Shown: positions 60,330 to 64,000 of the stretch, one piece after another
How positions within the stretch are numbered: position 1 is the first letter of the stretch
Layout of the letters: each line of letters starts with the position of its first letter
Origin: Gemmatimonadota bacterium
GTDB taxonomy: Bacteria > JBHIER01 > G020348925
Direction: 5' to 3'
Assembly (NCBI GenBank): GCA_020348925.1
Contig: CP070758.1
Location: forward strand, 4,711,775-4,775,774
Length of the DNA: 64,000 bases
Position numbers and translations under genes: made by a program
Notes under the pieces: generated by a model
Databases searched by the model: none
What the model was told of the DNA's origin: nothing
The model's input: only the letters and a program-made list of their open reading frames with translations

Positions 60330-60725
60330 TTACTTTTTGTCTCCATGCATTCGACGTACGTGCTCACATGCCCTGTCGATCTCGCTCTTAAATTCATCAT
60401 AGTTCAGTTGAAGACCATTGACGTACGTGCTCCAGCCGGCACTCGATTTGGCGTAGTGCACGGCATCTTCAATTTCAGCCTCGGTTGCCCCGTTCAGTTT
60501 TGCCAATTCCGTATGGAAATACGCACAATAACGGCACTTGGTGACAGCGGAGATAGCAACCCCGATGAGTTCTCGATATTTGTTAGGGATCGGACCCTCT
60601 TCGAGCTGAACACGTTTAAAAAGCTGCCACTCCAATTCCAACGAAGAATCTGGAACGGCTTTGAACATGGTCGGAACGAGTCCGAACATCTGTTCGATCT
60701 CTGCATAGATTTCTTTGCGAGTCAT
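60330..60725 (-). CDS. Carboxymuconolactone decarboxylase/AhpD family protein
   Basis: FGLVP, KYRELIGVAIS, CRYC..FH, GATEAEI. Confidence 0.9.
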   Translation of the reverse strand: MTRKEIYAEIEQMFGLVPTMFKAVPDSSLELEWQLFKRVQLEEGPIPNKYRELIGVAISAVTKCRYCAYFHTELAKLNGATEAEIEDAVHYAKSSAGWSTYVNGLQLNYDEFKSEIDRACEHVRRMHGDKK

Positions 60726-60990
60726 AGGGCATTCCTCCTGTATACTCAACAGATTTGAAATATTATTACGGGTTCAGAACCCTGCAATACTATATATATA
60801 CATCACGCTGCAATTGTCAAGACGCCCTGGATATTCAAAGTTACTTTTCTCACCTCCTTTAGATTCTGAATGAAGATTGCAGCTTGATGCATGTGCCACC
60901 TTGATATATTTTTTATCCTCTGCATACATCTTCACACCCCAAATTTTTCATCACCATAGATCAAGTAATACTTTCCATCGTCTTTCTCCC

Positions 60991-63687
60991 TCATTTCATC
61001 AGCACCATCCGTTTCGTCGCGGTATACTCCCCCGAAACCAGTCGGTAGAAATAGACACCGCTGGAGACTTCCAACCCTGCCTCATCTCTCCCATCCCACG
61101 ACACGGAATAGTAACCAGGTTCCTGTATCTCATTGACCAGCGTCCGCACCTCCTGCCCGAGAAGATTAAAAATTTTCAAGGTGATATGAAGTGAAGATCT
61201 CCTGTCTGCAATCTGATATCTGATATCTGTTGTTGGATTGAAGGGATTGGGATAGTTCTGGGCAAGATGGAATATTTCCGGGATACCGATTTCCGCTTTC
61301 ACTAACACCATGAATTTGTCGAAATCTTCATCGTTCAGATAGTGACGTAAAGATTCCAGAACATCCATGAGCTGAGGTGTCATGATCGGTCTTGCCGAGG
61401 AAGGTGCACATTCCCCGGTTCCCAGAATGACGTTGACAATACCCAGAGCATCCAGGACATCGACCATTCCATCGCTATTGCAGTCGGCCCTGTCGAGAGC
61501 ATCTCCAGACAGTGGAGCTATGTCCAGTATGTGATTCACGATGGTAACGATGTCAAGAACATTGATGTTTCCGTCGCCTGTCGGATCTCCCTTCAGGCCC
61601 GCCGGTTTACACTTTCCCAGGCTATCGGCAGCCCATATACTCGAGATCTCTGAGGGAGTAAGGGCGCAGGAGAACAACTCCAGTTCATCGATGGCAATCT
61701 CACATCGCCCGCCAGGCACACGGATCTCGCCGATCCACATCGAAACAGTATTTGATGAAGGACCTGCCAAGGCCGTGAAGGTACCTGCTGTTGAACCGTT
61801 GATGTAGAAGGTCCCCACCCCCGTTCCCACATTTACCGTAACGGCTATATGATACCAAGGTCCTGTATTGAGAGAGGGGTTGGCTGTCGCCGCCAGAGTG
61901 CCAGTGCTTGTGAAGGTCGATGCATCGACTTGCAGCTTGAGAACGGCGTTGCCTGCTACCGGCTGATCAAGGTAGAATGAATAGCCGGTATTTGAGGATG
62001 TGTCCAACTTATCCACGATGGGTGACAGTCGTCCCGGCCCGCAACCGACGGCTCTGATCCAGCCATCAATAGAAAAACTGCCTCCTCCGAAGTTAAGATC
62101 GCTCTGGGAGGGAACGTCCACGTAGTGCGGAGTATAGAAATAGAGAGCCCGGTTACCGACTATCCCGGGGACCGGAACAGGTCCATTTGGCATACCTATA
62201 GGCCCGGGTACAGGTGTTCCAACGTTGTTCATACTGGATGAGGGAGGAGGCGCTATGTCGTTGACCGCTATTGCACCCGTTGTCTCATCCAGGGGATACC
62301 AGGCGACCATGCACTTCGGCGGTGTGACACACGTATCGGGCACTTCCCTGATGCAGATGCGGTCCACATAGGCATACGTAGTGGAATCCCCGTGATTGAA
62401 CGCCGATTGATTCTCCGGACTGATCGTGACGATGGAATAACTTGAAGGAGCAGTCCACGCAGGGAGTGTGAACGTCACCCACTGATTGGGAGTGGTGATG
62501 AATGGTGTGATACCCATCGTCACCCCATTGGGATCAGTAGGAGAGGTTAGCAGTACATTTCCCGCTCGGACACGGAATCTTGGCTGATAAGGTCTATTCG
62601 GCTCCTGAGCCCATTGCACACACAACGATATTTGGTACGCGCTGCCCTGGGTGAGTGTAACGCCCGTTTGGTGGAGTCCTTCGCCAACAACCAGATTTCC
62701 CCACATGGCGACGTAGAAGTTATCCCCGCAGCCGCCATGTGAAGTGGCGACATCGGGTGAACCGTAAGCGGGATTCCATGAGCTCGCCTGTCCTGTTGAA
62801 GTCATTGGTCCAACAACTGATCCCTGTTCAAAGCTCCAGTTTTGTAAAATGTTGTTTGGGCATTCCGGTTCGGGTGGACAGTCAGTTCCAAAGGCATCGT
62901 TGATGCAGAGAATAGAATCGTTCAGACTAAGAAAGTATATTGTATAGTTCTGTGGAGATGCTCCCCCCGTATTGACTGTAAAAGTCCCAATCGGTACATT
63001 GGTGGCTGCGGCACCTGTAGCAATCGGATTCCCACCACTCTCTGCCCAGGTCACAGAAGAGGGTATCTGTGAGCTTATGATAAACGGACTACTGCTCGTT
63101 GCCGAAAGAATGGTCACCGGGTTTTGAGGTATGAGCTGGATTTTGTAAATGAGAGAAGGATTATTATTGTACTGGAGAGTGATCCCTTGCGTGCAAGGGA
63201 GATGGCCTAGGAGACTGTCGAAAACGTTCACCGAATCACAGGAAAATTGCGGCGGTGTGCAGGCGTCGTCCTGGTTGTCATTGTTGTTATCACCAAGACA
63301 AGTTGTGCCCGCCCCGAGAGGCGTACCGGTGGCATGAAAAATGCAGCACGACGGGTCCAAGTCCTGACAGGAGCCGCCGCGGAAACAGCAGGCCTCGGGT
63401 GGGACACATTGCGATCCGGGGCCCATGGGCGACCCTCCGGCACTCACACAGTTCTGTGGGTTAAGCATCTCGCACGTGTCGCCCAAACAGCACGCCTCGA
63501 GTGCAAGATCGCTCCCGACTAAATCTATTGATGAAGTAACATCGCTGTTCTGGGCAATAACGTTTTGCATTAGGCAACAGAGAAGCAGCAACATCCAGAA
63601 CATGAGTCCGTAGTGACAAAGTCTCTTGCAGCTATGCCGACTTCGTACCGAACTTGCCCGGTCGCAAAAATCGTGTTTCATAGACAT
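60991..63687 (-). CDS. Large secreted protein: Cys-rich repeats, CBM-like and LamG domains, dockerin, CTD
   Basis: Signal peptide, EACC repeats, NWSFE, AWYPLDE...IDELELF, GDPTGDGNINVLD / [30 protein letters not shown] before ATG 63687. Confidence 0.85.
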   Translation of the reverse strand: MSMKHDFCDRASSVRSRHSCKRLCHYGLMFWMLLLLCCLMQNVIAQNSDVTSSIDLVGSDLALEACCLGDTCEMLNPQNCVSAGGSPMGPGSQCVPPEACCFRGGSCQDLDPSCCIFHATGTPLGAGTTCLGDNNNDNQDDACTPPQFSCDSVNVFDSLLGHLPCTQGITLQYNNNPSLIYKIQLIPQNPVTILSATSSSPFIISSQIPSSVTWAESGGNPIATGAAATNVPIGTFTVNTGGASPQNYTIYFLSLNDSILCINDAFGTDCPPEPECPNNILQNWSFEQGSVVGPMTSTGQASSWNPAYGSPDVATSHGGCGDNFYVAMWGNLVVGEGLHQTGVTLTQGSAYQISLCVQWAQEPNRPYQPRFRVRAGNVLLTSPTDPNGVTMGITPFITTPNQWVTFTLPAWTAPSSYSIVTISPENQSAFNHGDSTTYAYVDRICIREVPDTCVTPPKCMVAWYPLDETTGAIAVNDIAPPPSSSMNNVGTPVPGPIGMPNGPVPVPGIVGNRALYFYTPHYVDVPSQSDLNFGGGSFSIDGWIRAVGCGPGRLSPIVDKLDTSSNTGYSFYLDQPVAGNAVLKLQVDASTFTSTGTLAATANPSLNTGPWYHIAVTVNVGTGVGTFYINGSTAGTFTALAGPSSNTVSMWIGEIRVPGGRCEIAIDELELFSCALTPSEISSIWAADSLGKCKPAGLKGDPTGDGNINVLDIVTIVNHILDIAPLSGDALDRADCNSDGMVDVLDALGIVNVILGTGECAPSSARPIMTPQLMDVLESLRHYLNDEDFDKFMVLVKAEIGIPEIFHLAQNYPNPFNPTTDIRYQIADRRSSLHITLKIFNLLGQEVRTLVNEIQEPGYYSVSWDGRDEAGLEVSSGVYFYRLVSGEYTATKRMVLMK

Positions 63688-64000
63688 ACTCTCTCCTTTT
63701 TGTCCAAACAGCAATGAAAGCCAAATCGTTAGCATACGATGATGTTGTTCTTTTTTATAGTTCTCAAGATAAATACGGCTATCCTGGTTATTTCTCAACA
63801 TTCTCCACGGTCTCCTTTGCTCTTTGAAGAATAAGGTTTTATCCTAATATCCGGTGCTGATCAACCACCAAGATAATGAATAGCTTCGTGCTCACGTTCG
63901 GATCGGCATCCCAACCAATGGATCAAAACTCTTCTTCTCTCATAAACACATGTCTTCTCCTAAATCCCACACAACACGCTTCAGGATTTGTAAAGACGGC

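Overview
64-kb window of five bacterial contigs joined by four 100-N spacers (4520-4619, 36798-36897, 44134-44233, 58551-58650), so adjacency across gaps is not reliable. Many secreted proteins end in an [11 protein letters not shown]...GVYFYRL C-terminal sorting domain (T9SS/FlgD-type CTD). With dockerins, expanded Ser/Thr kinases and anaerobic enzymes, this suggests an FCB-superphylum anaerobe such as a KSB1-, Zixibacteria- or Calditrichota-like lineage (inference). Contents: ABC transporters, a GH97 fragment, the 3' end of a group II intron, a tusA/dsrE2/dsrEFH-like sulfur-relay operon divergent from a glutaredoxin/ferredoxin:disulfide reductase/BCP/ferric-reductase cluster with a DnaA-box pair between them, a diguanylate cyclase behind a sigma54-type promoter, four dockerin-bearing exoproteins, a LytS/LytTR pair upstream of an orphan ECF sigma factor, a TonB receptor and several palindromic repeat families, two of which sit inside coding sequence. 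The strongest candidate for a new system is a HypD-like glycyl radical enzyme whose catalytic CxE glutamate is replaced by Thr (GCVT). It is encoded with its activase, next to a hydroxylysine-kinase/phospho-lyase-type fusion and a Tat-exported ATC-hydrolase-family protein. No rRNA, tRNA or CRISPR array was recognised. Family assignments come from motif recognition by eye, not database searches.
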